64,000 bases of DNA from NCBI GenBank assembly GCA_951406725.2, contig OX597814.1, positions 63,922,001 through 63,986,000 on the forward strand, read 5' to 3'. The position numbers were made by a program, and so were the translations under genes. The notes under the pieces were generated by a model. That model ran no database searches and had not been told where the DNA came from. It saw only the letters and a program-made list of their open reading frames with translations. Within the stretch, counting starts at the first letter, position 1. Every line of letters starts with the position of its first letter. Shown one piece after another: positions 39,461-55,294 of this stretch. Source of the DNA: Octopus vulgaris (taxonomy: Eukaryota).

Positions 39461-42400
39461 CTTGGATCGTTTCAGTTTGATGGCCAGATGTTTTAATTAG
39501 CTTTTTTTTAACTAAGCACTTTGAAACTTCGGATACTGGTAGAATGTGTCACATAGAACAGGGTTTACTCGTAATGTTTTTGACAAAATTTTGTATTTTA
39601 GAAGTTATTTCGTGTTAAAATTGTCGTATTTGGTTAATTTTAACCAATCAATGACGTGTATTCAACCGAAGAAAATTATTGCTGCTTTGCGAGCAACAAC
39701 TTCCGGGTCCATTCCCCTAACAAAACCCTTCTTTGATAACCAGACATGTTTTTATAGCTACATAGGTTTGCTGTATCAGGGTTGATTTGATGCAAAATAA
39801 CAACAAAACTTTTACTAAGACAGACCCACGACGGAGCCTGTATGTGGTTGCGTGACTTGCTAGAAAAAGTAGCCAAACTTTTTATGTACAGAATAGAAAA
39901 ACCTCTATACTGTGAAATACACGTAGAGTCCTTTACGTCTGGGAAGAAAGACCGAATGGTCGCAGCTGGGACATCTTTGATCATATCTGTTCAATCAGAT
40001 TCAACTCGGGACTAAACAACAAGTGACGAATGGAACGAGACAAGGCAACGAGAAAGCCTTTACCTGGTCGCTCGAGTTGCTAGAAAGAGCAACCAAATCT
40101 TCCTGACAGAAAGAAAAATGAAATTTCCGTTTTCAAGATAACAAAATAATGCAAGTTTATATTATTTTATAATGTTCGCTTAGGAATTCATTACTTCTAG
40201 AAAAGAATAAGATAAAATGGTCATGGCTGGAACGCCTTTTCTCACAGATCCATTACAATCAGAGCTATGCTGTAGTTAAAACGACATTCTTCATTGTATG
40301 ATGAAGCAGCTAAGTTACAGAAAAGTTGAAAGAATAAAAGATACCAAATATCCATATTTCAAATATTGGGATTCTCCTAACTAGCGTAATTTATTAAGAT
40401 TTTCGTATGAAATAAATAGAAAATGTTATGGGAACTCGGTCTTGTCCTCCAGCTTCACAAGAACTGAGACGAAGTGTTGAAGACTGTAGCCAGTCTTATT
40501 CAGAAATGGGTAGAGACAAAGCTGTCCCTGAAAGGTTGGGCAGTAATGTCGAATGCCTACCATCGCCTCCGTTAACATTTATCGCTTGACCGTCGTGCTT
40601 TGACTTGGCTACTGCTTGATCAGGTTGCAAAGTCTGTTAATTACTTTCTTGTGGAAAGGACGCATTGCCATCATCAGGCAATCGGTGAGCTACTAGTAAC
40701 CTCTGCGTGACGGCTTAGGCATGCCTTGGCTTCTAATGCGCTAACACGCATTGATGTTGCCTCACCTGCAACGATTCCTAGATGGTGAACGTGCGAGGGC
40801 TCCGTTCATGAGACACGCCATTCAGCAGTTCGTCTCGTTGACGGAGCTGCAATCCTGGGTGAAACAAAAGACCGAGACAGAGCACTCACAACTCTCTCCA
40901 AATTGGAAAATGGGATCAGTGAATATTTCACTCTAGCAAATAAAGAAGATTAGTGGCTGGAAAGTGTCACGACGGTCTTGGGGGTAGTCTGGGTGTTGAA
41001 CTGCTCTGTTCCGGAGGACTTTGCGTTTGGGCACTATCCTGGATAAGTTCCAAAAGTTCTTGGCACGGCAGTGCTACCGAGGGGCACCACATACTGGAGG
41101 CAAACTCTGCAGGCACAAATGTGCTGTCAGACGGGCTTGTTCGAGATGCGCGCAGAGAGACGAAACTGATCTGTATGCCCATGTTCAATGTCCGAGCATT
41201 GTTGAATTCTAGCTCTATCGCGTGCGGGATGGATCCGTCTATTGGCCGAATCCATAGTGATGACTGCCCTACTACATTTTTAATCGTGCAGGTAAGACAG
41301 TTTTCTTTTATTTGGTGGTGATTGCAAAAAGTTTGTCGAATGGACGATGCTGTAAGGCATGAGGACAGATGTTTTCCTCTTTGGTTGATCCCTCATCGAC
41401 ATTTTCAATTTTTACTTGAAAAGGAGAGTAATGATAGAGAGAGGGAGGTGTTGTCCTCGAATTAAGTTATTGTAAGGTAAGTGAAAGTTGCAAAAATAGC
41501 AGAAGTAGATGTCACCGCTTTAAATGCGGACCTGTGAGATGGAGAACTGGAATTGGGGAGGGTACTTGACTTTGGGGTACAGGGAAATCTTGGATACTGA
41601 GGTTCCTCCATTGTCACTAGAAGTTCTTCTGTATCAGGAGGGTGATATCACTTCCAACTTTTTATTTTACCATCTCATTCTTATATCTGTCTTTGTACTG
41701 TCCCCACTCACCTAAGAGCCGGAGTCGATATAATCGACTGCACCCTCTATGCAAATACCTAGCTTTCTCCTTATATAAGAACACCATGTCAGTAGTTTTA
41801 TATTTAGAGTTCGATATGATTAGTGTATGTATGTTCCTATCTTTTATGTCAACTACCAGTGTCACTAAAAATATTCATAAAATTCTTCCATTTTGTTTCA
41901 GGGTTGTAATATATTTTTTCGGTATATCAGAACAGAAATTAAATTTTTTTTTTTGTTTATTTATCTATTTCGTCTTAAATTTTACTATTTACTTGAAATC
42001 TTCCTACCTTCCAGCTTTATACTGATGTTTGATGTATTTAGAGGAAGTCGTGCGGACTGCCTAAAATTCACTGTATAGTGAATAGTAAAATAGTGAAGAA
42101 ATCTGGTCGTGTGATTTAGAAATTTACTTTGCAAGCAAGGAAGTAACATGTTCAGTCATAATGCGAGGTATTTCGGCTGCCAAAGTCTTGTCTTATCCCC
42201 AAGCATTTTCAGCAAAATTATGCAAATGTAAACTGTGTAGAGGACCTTTGCATGAGCTCTGCTTGTGATCCAAAATGTCAGACTTAACGGCCAGAGTTTA
42301 CATTATGATTAAAGTGTCCATGTCTACAACCTAATGTAAATGGTGTTGTTGATCCATCAATTGAAATGTTAGTCGTCAAATCCGACTGAGGATCTACGCA

Positions 42401-43152
42401 CTGCAAAACCCCGCAATGACAGGGAATGATTTAATTTATCCCCCCAAAAGAAATTTACTGCGAGTACAGAAGACACTCAGTCCTGTTCAGCAATTATGAA
42501 TACCCTTGAAAGATATACTTTTGTCATAAGACAAATTGCTTTATAACATTTACAAGAAAGGTGAAGGTGTTACGACGTTAGTTGGTTTTAGCAGAAGTAG
42601 AAAAGAAAGTATAAAAGGGTGGAAAGAAGCAAGAGGAAGACAAGTCAGCGAGATCAAAAAAAGCAAACAGTAAGACCTACCACAAGCCTGTGTACCTGTA
42701 TGCGGATGTATGTATCTTTATGTGAATCAATGTGTAATAAGATGATATTGGATAGTAGATTTTACCTTTTAATTTTTTTTCTTTTTTGTTTATTTTTCGC
42801 TTTTTCTTTTGGTTTCACATTTGTAAAGACCAAATTACACAAACGGTCATTGAGTGAGATAGACAAGAAAAGTTAGTGCTGGTGGTAGTGGTGGTTTTGA
42901 GCTCTGTTGAAATGTATACGTATGGAAATGAAATGAAATGACCCATCAATTATCGTTTGTCCTGCAGTGTGTCACATGGGCGATAACTGAGAAAATGTTG
43001 AATTAGGAGAAAGGTATACATACATACATACATACGTACATACATACATACATATATGCAAGCGTATGTATATGACAGTCTATACATGTATCTATACATG
43101 ACTGTGTGTGCGTGTTGGCGGGTGAGTATGTGTGTTTCCCTGTGCGTGCATA

Positions 43153-43199
<47 letters not shown>

Positions 43200-43310
43200 A
43201 TATATGTATATATATATATATATATATATGTATATGTATGTATATAATATATATATATATATATATATGTATATGTATGTATATAATATATATATATGTG
43301 TGTGTGTGTA

Positions 43311-43372
<62 letters not shown>

Positions 43373-44121
43373 GACTACAGTCAAACGACTGAAACAAGTG
43401 AAAGAAAGTAAAAGAATATATACATACACACATACACAAAGATAGGGAGAGTGAGAGAGAGAGACAAAGGGAGAGAGAAAGGAGATAGGGAGTCAGACAG
43501 ACAGACGGACCCCGCTAATATCAGTTTCTTTCTGACGAACTATTATATTACGGGGGAGTAAATAATCTAACAACCATTGTCAAGCGGTGACAAGCAGAAC
43601 TAAACATACACATACGCATTTCTTTCTCTCTCTACCACTCCCCCCACACAGGCAGACACTCACACACACACTGATAAACTGCATATCTATCCACCTACCT
43701 ACCTACCTACCTACCTACATATATACATACATATATTGTGCGTGTGTCTGTGTGATGAGTGTATATGTATATATATATATATGCATGCATCTATATATAT
43801 ATACATATATGTATATAATTATAATTAGGGCTCAGCTAATTGCTTATATATATATATGTATATATATGTATATATATGAATATATACGTATATATATATG
43901 TGTATATATGTATATATATGTATATATAAGTAAATATATATATATATGCATACGCACGCGCATACATACACACCTATGATATTTATTTATAAATAGATAT
44001 ATCTATATATACATATAGGTAAGTATCTGTGTATGTATCTATATATGTATATGTGTGTGTGTGTGTTTATATATATATGTATGAATATATAGATTTATAT
44101 ATGTATATATATGTATATATA

Positions 44122-45389
44122 CGAGGGAGGGTCAAAAATTATACGCACACTTGTTTTTTTAATGTATTTACGCAAAAGCAGGGGATAAACAAATACGTCA
44201 TTTTTCTATATAGTCTCCTTCCTTTTCGAGGCACTTGGTCCGGCGGTCCACAAGCTTGCGTATTTCCTCTAAGAAGGCTTTTCGGTTGATAGTGCAACCA
44301 TTTATGCACCACTTCCTTCACATCTTAATCCGTAAGAAATCGACGAACTCGTAAACCATGTTTGAGCGGTCCAAAGATTTGATAGGGGCGAGATCTGGGA
44401 TGTAGGTAGAGTGTTCCAGCACCACAAAACCCAATTGGTTAATGGTTTCAACGGTCTGGGCGGCCGTGAGTAAGGGTGCATTGTCTCGCAACAACAAAAC
44501 TGTCTTCGACAATTAGGCTTCGGTGTTTGGTGCGACTTGCTGGCTTCAGTTTGTTGACCAGCAAAGTACTGTATGTTGCACTGTTGATTGTACACCCCTT
44601 TTTCCAGCTGGTTTTCCAGTATAGTCACTTTTGATTCCCCAAAAAGGGTTAGCATCACCTTTCCCGCGGAAAACTGAGCCTTGAATTTCTTCATCATTGG
44701 CGAGCCAGGCTGTCTGCACTCTACACTCCGTCTTTTGGTTTCTGCCTCACAATGATGGACCCACGTTTTATCTCCTGTGACTATTCTGTTCAAAATTCCT
44801 CACCCTCATTGTTGTAGCGATCGAGTAAACTTTAGCAGATCTCAAGACGTTTGCGTATGTGCTCTACAGTAAGCTCTCTTGGTGTCCATCTTACACAGGC
44901 TTTGTGGAACCATGACTAATCTGCAGAGAACGAGTCACCTCATCGATGATAACTCGCCGGCTCACCATTATCATCTCACGAGTTTGCTGAATTTTCTCAT
45001 CAGTGGTGGAGGTTCACGGGTGTTCTGCGCCCGCTTCGTGCGCCACGCTTGTTCGGCCACTTTTAAACTTCTCGATCCACTCATGCACACTTCTACGCTG
45101 TAGTGTACTGTCCCCGTATTGCGTTAAAAGCCTCCGATGAATTTCAGTACCTGACACACTTTCCGACCAGAGAAATCGGATCACTACTCTTTCGTCTTCT
45201 TTGGTGCATATTGCTAGTGGAGCGACCATGCTTACACTGTCAAGCCAAAAAGGAAAATGGTGCGATCAGGCTCAAACTTGGATCATGTAACCACAATAGT
45301 GCCACCTATAAACACGCATGCGTAGAAGGCAGTGTGACAATGATAAAGATATATTATGACGGAAGTGTGGATAATTTTTGACTTGCCTC

Positions 45390-45390
<1 letters not shown>
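44122..45390 (-). mobile_element. Full-length decayed mariner transposon (second family)
   Basis: TA-flanked TIRs CGAGG..GTCAAAAATTAT.C.CAC; transposase pieces KEDERVVIRFLW, RIVTGDKTWVHH, LLRDNAP, YIPDLAP. Confidence 0.9.
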
Positions 45391-45459
<69 letters not shown>

Positions 45460-45460
<1 letters not shown>

Positions 45461-45679
45461 AACAATTGCAGCGTGGAAGGTGTTTGCTGCACGGATTTTG
45501 TCAGTGAACAGGTTGCGGATTTTAGCGACGAAAATATTTTGACAAATTAAACTTAAATGTTGAAGTGAATCGAACGGCTTTTGTGTGTTTCTTAAATGGT
45601 TACAAACACCTTCCACGCTGCAATTGTTTTCGTTCCAGCACACGATCTCAGATCAAATCACTTGCTATGCAGTACATCT

Positions 45680-45681
<2 letters not shown>
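45460..45681. repeat. Unclassified repeat copy 2 (cf. 3776-4004) with a different inverted left end
   Basis: Core matches 3809-4003; 45460-45486 is a perfect inverted copy of 45603-45629. Confidence 0.8.
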
Positions 45682-45766
<85 letters not shown>

Positions 45767-46405
45767 ATACGGACACAGATCATGAACCAGATGCTAAAAA
45801 GTAGTAACATCGTTCGAATTAGGACTGCTACCTCGCGTTGGTTAATGGGCTTAAACGGTACAGTACTGCTACTTCATAGTTCTCGCTCAGCGATTTAAAG
45901 CTAGTTGTTTTCTCTTTGCGAGATCAGCGATTGTGTGTCACTTTAAAAGTCTATACTGTGAGCAATAGCGAGTGGCTGCTATCCTGAGCCAGTGGTTGTC
46001 CTCTATTGTCCTCTGTAGACTCAGAAACCATTGGTCTACCGATATCGCAACGGCTAGAAAGGGAGCGGTAGGCTCCCCAGCTCACAGTATACGGACTCAA
46101 AGCATGTGTCGGTAGCCAGCTGAAAAGTTGTTTTACTGAGGATAAAAAAAAAATAGTAACTTCGTCCTACGCAGGACTGCCATCTTACGTTGCCAAATTG
46201 ACTTTAAACATATATATATATAAATATACACACAACAATAATAAATCGCTGAGCGAGATTTTAACAGTAACAGCACGATATCGTGTGGGATATTTGCCAC
46301 CTAAATGTGGCTGACCATAAAGGGACAATGCTACTGTAGTTTATAGCCCCAGGAAGATATTTCTTCCAGCTGGCTATTGACACATTGTCTGTGCCCGGTC
46401 AGTAT

Positions 46406-46472
<67 letters not shown>

Positions 46473-47059
46473 TAGCTGGTCATATATTTCCGTGCTTTTG
46501 ATCATTATACGTCTATAAGAGGTGCTTTCTCGAGACAAATACCGCAGTTTAGTAGGTTTTCAAAAGGCTATCTTCTTTAGGCAGTGCTGCTTTGAACAAT
46601 TACTGCTTCCGTCGCTTATAACGAATAAAACACAGTCTTTTGCTTTAGTTACCTATTTATGTTGTTCATATATTTATTTATATGGAGAGGGAAAGAGGCG
46701 GAAACAGAGAATGAAAAATAATTCAGTGTGTAAATGAGAGACTGAACAAAGATCTGTGCGAAGTATCTATCATGCTCTTATCAGTGTATCTTCGTGGTTG
46801 TGTACATCAACACAGTTCTCATGTATCTTCCATGTCGTCATCATGTTTCTTCTCTACATATTGTTTTATTTTTGTTTGCATGATGGTTTCGGTTATGAAT
46901 GTTAATGTTATGCTTGATGATATGTTGTTTTTTTTCTTTGTAGTGTAGTTTATCGTCCATCATCAGGCTTGTTTTATTTTCCTTCTTAATCCTGTTTCGA
47001 TTATAGTTAATTGTAGTTATCACTAAAGCAGGAGCACCAGCAGCGAAAGTAGCAGCAAC

Positions 47060-47111
<52 letters not shown>

Positions 47112-48271
47112 AGAGTAAGAGTAGTAATAACAATAGTGGTGGTGTTGTGTTAGTAGTGTCCGCGTTGGTCATCAGTTTTGCTGTTCTTGTAAAGAGCTCG
47201 GTCGCAAATTCATTTTGCTGTTAAATTTACATCGTAATTTTTTTCTTTATATATTTCAGTGTTTTGTAAATTTCGTTTCGTCTTAATGCTTTTTGATAGC
47301 TACATGTTTCCTGTTGTAATATTCTAGTCTCAGACTCCAGAAACCTATCTTTAAAGGCGTTCCGCCATTTTAAAGACAATGTATCCATATGATTTCCTCG
47401 TATGTAGTTAATTTTATCAGACGCGCACTTTAACATCCCCATATATATGTGTGTGTTTACGAAGTGGTGTCAAAGAGTTCCCGGACTAGTTCTGTAGCGC
47501 ACCAACAGATGGCAGCACATTTCTAGCAGTTCAGTTGCCCAGATAGAAGCTCTCACATTTGTTCGTTGTTTTTGTTTAACCCTAGGTCAAATTTAATCCA
47601 GTAGCCACGCAATGAAAGTATTCCAGTTCTTTCTCGTCTTTCGTTTCAGGATCACAGGGCCACGTTATCCAGAGTGTCCTTTCTTAAACGGTAAGGTATG
47701 ATTTGAGTGAAACCTAGCAGTTAATTCTGGAATAGTTAGCGATCACGTAGATGTTCCTAGATTGGCTCGTTGTTGAGTTTGTTGACTGTGACAGCGATGA
47801 CCCAAATGATGACGTTGATGATAATGGCTTAAGGAAGACCTTGTAAACCTCTTTTCGCCATTTGACTTCATTCACAATCCTAATAGATATACATAATACA
47901 TAAACGCCTCATGCTTCTATTTCTCATTCCCTATAAACACCTGTGGTCTTGTATATTTATTGGGTTTTGCTGTAGTGTATGTTGGGCTGACATCTGGAAT
48001 CCGAGGAATGTGGTGAAAATCTAGTATCACCAAAAATTAATTGAAAAAAAAAAGACATTCATTTGCTTCATACAAATGAATTTATTAAACTTATCTACTA
48101 CCTAGTATATTGGCTTTAAGGTTCTTTTCATTTTCTTCAGGTTTACACACCTACAATTTAGTCCATGTTTGAAATATACAGTAAACAAAACTTTTCTCTA
48201 TTTTGGTTTCCTATATTTTTTGTTTAGATTTTACTATCTCTCTCTCTTTCTCTCTCTCTCTCTCTCACATA

Positions 48272-48310
<39 letters not shown>

Positions 48311-50174
48311 TGATTGCAGTCACTTGTCTCACAAATAATGTTTTATTTTCTTCTATTCGTTACATTGTTTGGATCTTTCACAATAAAATGTTGTAAGGTA
48401 CAGTTGAATTTAATATATGGATCATTGTTTTTATGTCTGAGATGATTTTCTTTCGGAATCTATTTGTGTATGGTTTAAATGTAACCATACTTGAAACACC
48501 TAACGGTTGAGTTCTGAAATACTCAAATTAAGTAAGGTTTCTGTAGAGTTGTTTCTTTGAAGTTTATTGTAGACGTCGTTATTTATTTATTACATATCGG
48601 CAAATATGTATCAATACCCTGTTGAATTTTCTTAGTGTCTTTATATCAAAGTTGAACTTCAGTTGGAAGTTATACCTGTGTTTCTTAAACTTTATTTTAT
48701 TAGATCATAGACAATAGCTCAGTCTCAAAACTTCTAAGATCTCTAACATATAGTGGGCAATTTCATATTCAAAATATGTTATGTATTTGTGCCCATTGAG
48801 TTCCAATTGTTCAACCATATTTGGTCTTTCTTGCGCTTACAGTTCAATATTCACAAAATGTTAAAGATATAACAGTTCACATCTTAATGCTTTGGTTAGT
48901 GTCGCACAGTTCAGGAGCTGTTATCTTTTAACTGTCGGATTTAGTTCATATACTCAAAGGTGTCTAATTTTAAAAACTACAAAACGCTCTACACACTATG
49001 AAAATACAATCTTTAATTTTTCTCTTCGAAATCTTTTGCCTTATGAGTCAATCACGCACTGAAATTTTAACAAGTAGCTACGTAGTACATGTATCTGATC
49101 GATATATCAACTTTACTTTCCTGCCTTACACCACACTTTCTATCTTTAACTGGAGTGACGCAAAGAGCGGAGAAGTGTTCTGAAATCATCTAATCTTGCA
49201 GTACACACACACACTTAGTTTTGTGAACTTTTGTTTTTTAATGCATTCTTTTATTTTTGCCCGCTTATGCCATTACTACTTGCCTCGGACTGCTTGCTCC
49301 TTTTCTATATATGATATATATACTTACATATAAACCCACCTACTTAACTAAGTATCAAACTACTTGCCTACCTTTTCCTACATACCTGTAAGTCCATCTA
49401 TCCGACCGTCCCCCAATTTATCACATTCATATATAGTGTGTGTAAGAGACAACTACAAGGAAAGAAAATTGTACATAAGAAAATGACAACAAACACTTAA
49501 AATAAGAGAGCCAGAACAAAAATCATGAACAAATAACACAGCAAAACGAGCTACGATAAAGAACCGATGGGACGATCCTGTGGCTACGTGTGAGAGAGTA
49601 AAAGAGAAAACATGTCTGAATGGATTATATTGTTTTACATGTCATATCCACCAGGGGGTAACAAACAGCGGTAGGGGTCGATGCGATGGGTTAAAAGAGA
49701 GTGAGGCTAGGTGGAGGTGTTGGGGCCTGCAAGGTGACGTGGTGCTGTGAAAGTTTAGTTTGTTGGTTACAACAAGCAAACAGTATTTATTATTATTATT
49801 GTTATTATTATTGCTATTATTAATTGAACCGTCGAACCTTTCCTTATTCTATTCCTTTCCCTCATTCCTTTCTTATCTGTTTATATGACAGTCTTTCACA
49901 AAAAAACACGAGACATGGGATTACTGTCGAAGTTAGCATACCGTGAGGAGGTGGTCGAAGATAGATGAGGATGAGATTGATGGCTTTTGTTCATGGAAGT
50001 GTATGAATGAAATCGTTTAGGATGTGGCAATTGGTTTTACTTTCCAAACATTTCGTTGGCATTTCACGAGGAGAGGATATATGTACTGTATAACATCCAT
50101 AATGACATATGCAAAGAAGTAGTTTGGGATCGTTTAGTAAAAGTTTTTGATATATGTATACATGTATGTATGTG

Positions 50175-50279
<105 letters not shown>

Positions 50280-50280
50280 A

Positions 50281-50316
<36 letters not shown>

Positions 50317-50900
50317 TGTATGTATGTATGTATAAAGATATAAAAAGGAATACAAAAAATGGGATAAGAATGCAAAACATCCAGAGAGTTAGATGATACA
50401 AAAAAGGGACAAGAAAAAATAAGGATGAGTCATTCGGAGTTTCCTTTCCTCAGTCGAGTTCCAGATTATCTTTGCAATTTCGGCAGCTTATACTCGAGAT
50501 TGCTCCAGTCTGGCCAGCCCCAAGAAAAAAAACTAAACTAAGAGCACTAGATTCCTTGGAAGAATGCAGCAAATGTATACGAAAACAGGGACAGAAAAAA
50601 AACGGAGAAATGGTACACAAATACAAATGCAAATAACAGGACATTAATAATAGGTGTAATTCGATCAAGTACGAGTTGGTTGGTTGGTTGGTTGGTTGAT
50701 ATTCTTTTATTCTTTTACTTGCTTCAGTCATTTGACTGCGGAGCAATTCATTTGTGTATACGCTCGCATGCATAGGACTGTTTCACGTACACATTTACAC
50801 ATTTATTCACACAAATTTCTCAAACTTTTGCATACATATTCACGGTTTCACTTATATATACGCACAGCCAAACAGATAAATATACACACACACACATTAC

Positions 50901-50986
<86 letters not shown>

Positions 50987-52720
50987 GCCTGTCTGTCTGT
51001 CTGTCTCTCTATCTGCCTGTCTCTCTGTCGCTCTCTCTCTTTCTCTCCCTGTCTCTGTCTCTCTTTCTCTCTATATATATATAGTTACACACACTCATTG
51101 TGTGATTTAATATATTTTAACAAATATTTTTATTTGTAGTGACAAATGGACATTAGCATTACACTGAGTTTAAGATGAACTTTGTATTTAAGAGTTCTAT
51201 TGGCATTTGCTATTTATACGGCTTTATAGAGCAACTGAATGTAAATTCTATGACCAATTTCGCAATATACTTGATTCTTTTGGAAGTGTCTGATTAATAA
51301 TCAGAAAATATATCTAGTGATGAATTAGCTTACATTCAGAAAGAATAGGGCATGGAACTAAAACTTTGTACAGTTTTTATCTGAGAAGGAATAGTAAATA
51401 ACGTATCTATCTTTAAACCTACCTCTTTTCAAAACCTCTTTATAATAAACTATTTTGTTGAAGGACAATATAACGGATGAAATACAAAATGTATTATACT
51501 ATTATTTCTTTGTTAAATTATTGAAAATGGCAGGTGAGTTCCCTGAAGCAGTTTCTATATAGTGAAAGTTTTTCTTTCTTGATGGGTAAATAATTGTTTG
51601 GGTTTAGAACAAGGTCATGTCTAAACAGTTACTGTACGTAATTTTACGTCAACTATAATTTTAAGGTTAAAGTCTTAAGATAAGTGACAGTAATATTTTC
51701 GGAATCTGTTTAACATTTGCACTTTCGTTGAGTAATTAGTTATTAATCCATCGTCTTAAAATTAGACATTTTATATTTTTAATCATGTCTTTTAATACAT
51801 GTAAGGTATAAAGGCCAATTGCTCAATACTTTCTGCCTAGTATATGCTATGTTCACTCCTACCATGTCTTCAAAAATAATTCCCTTTGCTTATAAAACTT
51901 TAGCTGATCGTTTCGTACGTTTTTATATCTAAACCTTTTGTTGATATTTAATGCTCTATGGAGCAAAGACTTTGGTACTGATGGAATACATTCATTGATG
52001 TTAGATTGGGTAAGATTACGCAATTGTTGCCGTTAATATTATTTCCCATAAATATTTCATCTACAATGAAACAAATGCTATTAAGACTGTTTCTATAGTA
52101 TATATTCCATTAAGAATTCGATAGTCCTATACAAATGAATTTGAATGTTGCATATTTACATAATGATTCACTTATGACTATTTCGGCAAGAAGAATGAAT
52201 GCTGTTTAATTGATGAAATCAGAATAATGCAGAAATATGTTCTGAGTTCTCATTCACATGTGCCGTGCCATAAAAATAACCATTGATTAATAGTAAATTT
52301 CCTCACAATATATTTAATACATGCATAATATCCAGATTGTGCGCTAATTATTACATAGGACTTAAAAGTCTGATAATTAAATTTTTTATGTTTATTGCTT
52401 TAATTACGAGAATACAGGTGTCACGATTTTACTATTATAAAATTTTCGATTCGATGTATGAACCGTGATTAAAAATTAAGGGTGTGAAAACTTTAAAAAT
52501 TGAGGGTTAAAATGTTTTTAGTAAATCATATTCGGACTTATAAGAACTAATTTCAGATTTGAACTGTGCGTACATACACGTACATATACACATACATGTT
52601 CATGCGTACTTATATGTGTATATTTACAGATATTTGCATACACACGTGTACACATGCCTACGCACGCACGCTCACGCACACACACACGCATACACACACG
52701 AACACACATATACACAAACA

Positions 52721-52762
<42 letters not shown>

Positions 52763-53917
52763 ACACGTGTGTAAGTATAAAAAAATAGGAGAGTTTATTC
52801 ATGAAATATTAAATTTTGGCACTTTACATGAATGTTATTAAAAATTATGTCTATTATGTGAGGAAAAGCCTTAGAAGCAGATTGTAATATCACATATTCG
52901 GAGATTACGTAATCCGCGTAAATATAATGTGAAACATAATGGGCCTCGACAAGAGTTATCGTATCATTTAGAAATACTAAGGTGGATGTAATCAACTTAG
53001 CCTCCACACCTTCAAGTTGTTCCTATGGCAGAAAGAATTATTATTGCGAAATTTGTTAGCAGGTATTTTATCTTGAAGTTTGGCGACAAGTTTTCTCAAA
53101 TCTCGAGCCATTTCTAGGATTCTTGTAGAATATAGGTTTTTTGCAGGTAAAAAAGTTTCAATTTTTAATTTCTCTCGGTCGTTTAGGGTGTTCTGCCAAG
53201 TGCACCAATTACTGCAGAAATAATTATTTTCTTGATTTTCCACTTTCTCTTCAACTCTCTTGCCAGATCCTGATGTTTCTCACTTCTTTCAATTTCTTTC
53301 ATTTCGATGCTTTCATCCTTTCGGGGTCGATATATTAAGTACCAGTTGAGTCCTGGGGTCGATGTAATCGACTATCCCCTCCCCCAAATTATTTCAGACT
53401 TTGTGCCTATGGCAAAAAGGATTATTAAAAAACCGAGCTGGCACAACTTTTAGAGTGTCGTAAAAATGCTTTGCAGTATTTTTCTCAATCTATTACGTTG
53501 ATTTCTGGATAGTTGGATCGATGTAAACGATTTACAGCTTCTTTCAAAATTGGTGGCCTTCTAACAAACTTAGAAAGAATTATGGTTGGTATTGTTACAT
53601 TCGACGGACTTACATAGAACTTTCATTTGCCGTATTTCACCTACAAGATAGAAATGGCCGTTGAGTTACGATAAAACACAAATGCCACGCACTGGTATCA
53701 ACGCAGTAAACTAAATTTGTGATGAAAACTCACTGTTCCAGATTCAGTCACATTGCGTAGCGTTTTGGGCAAGTGTCTTCTATTATACATACATATGTAT
53801 GTATGTATGTACGTATGTATGTATTTATGTATGTATGTATGTATGTATGTATGTATGTATGTATGTATGTATGTATGTATGTATGTACGTATGTATTTAT
53901 GTATGTATGTATGTGTG

Positions 53918-53954
<37 letters not shown>

Positions 53955-53956
<2 letters not shown>

Positions 53957-55249
53957 TAGCAGAGATACCCGGCATTGCTCGAGATTAAAATGGTTTAGCT
54001 TGTATATATATTACAGTTATGTTGAAACGTATGGTTGACAGTCGAATGAATGTAGGTGTAATGGAGATATCGTACTTAAATGGTTACATTCCGGAAAAGG
54101 ACTGCAATGTGAGATGACAACAGGCTGCAATGTGAGATAGCAACTGTTGAAATGTTGCAGAAGTCGAAGGGTTGTAGAATAAGAAGCATAAACTGAACCT
54201 ATGCAGTCACATGAGAAAATATTTTAATGAATTACTTGTAAAAGTAAAATGTAAAGGCTTACCGCGTGGTTGGTGAGAGTAATTGGAGAATATGCTTTGA
54301 TACTGAAGTCCATGCAGGAAACTGCTTTGTTAATGCAGTCTTCGGGTTTATTGTTATATCGAAATGGTATTTATCTTCACCATTCACAAAGAGCACTGGA
54401 TACTGGAGCACATGCTAGGGTGTAGTAATTCCTACAAGACCTCTTGGTAAACAATATTCTTTGTTTTTGCTTGTGGAAAAAATGCAAATAGATTTTTTTG
54501 CTTTCCTCTCTAGAGCAGCCAACATTTAATTGCTTGTATGAGAAGAATGACTCTTCCAAGAGAAGTTCTATGACAGACAGTTTTTAACCCGTGATCTATT
54601 GATAGACATTGCGAAGTTGATACAAATAGGAAATTGCACTCTTCTGAATTTCTGCTCCCAGTGGAACGAGAGGAATACTGGATATGAAAGCATCTTCTTT
54701 TCCATATCCAGAGGGAATGGTGGCATCATCTGCTTTACCACTAGGCATGTCCCATTGCAGAGTGTTTGGTGGATCCAAATCCCTCAATAACATTACTGGA
54801 GCTCCCACTTTAAGTTCCAGTCTATGGGGAGGTAGTCCTGAGGATCCAATGAATTGAGAAATTCTGGGACTGTATGGAGTGACTCATAGATGTGAGGACT
54901 TCCAGGAAGGTAGTGCAGCAGCTGCTCGTTAATTTTTCTTACAGAGGTATTTTCCATTTTTTTTTCTTGAGCCAGTTTTGCTCTTTCACACAGCCAATTC
55001 AGATTGTAATAATTTTTTGACCAATGGATGCAAGGGACACAATTAATTTTTGAAAGTCACTTCACAAAGAGTTACCTACCTTCTCAACATAACACAGGAA
55101 AATGTGTTTTCTGCTCCCAGGGAGCCCGTTACTCATGTGAAAAACTTCTCTTGAACACAAGTAAATGTATGTTTCGAGTCTGGACAAAATCAGTTGTTAA
55201 CTTTAGAAGTTATGCGGTTTTACACGCACACAAACTCACCTATATATGC

Positions 55250-55260
<11 letters not shown>
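53955..55260 (-). mobile_element. Internally deleted Helitron with a Pif1-like helicase fragment
   Basis: Minus-strand EFLNSLDP..PHRLELKVGAPVMLLRDLDP and FAMSINRS motifs (~54590-54870); 3' end CTCGAGCAATGCCGGG..CTGCTAAG resembles the hairpin plus CTRR terminus. Confidence 0.8.

Positions 55261-55294
<34 letters not shown>

Noticed and set aside
47458-47525. Mariner-like terminal sequence
   Set aside because: No partner TIR or transposase found; at most a short relic.
48121-48172. Good acceptor TTTTCTTCAG|GTTTA that would continue G-L as pappalysin exon 2
   Set aside because: Reads GLHTYNLVHV then TGA, with no LamG similarity.
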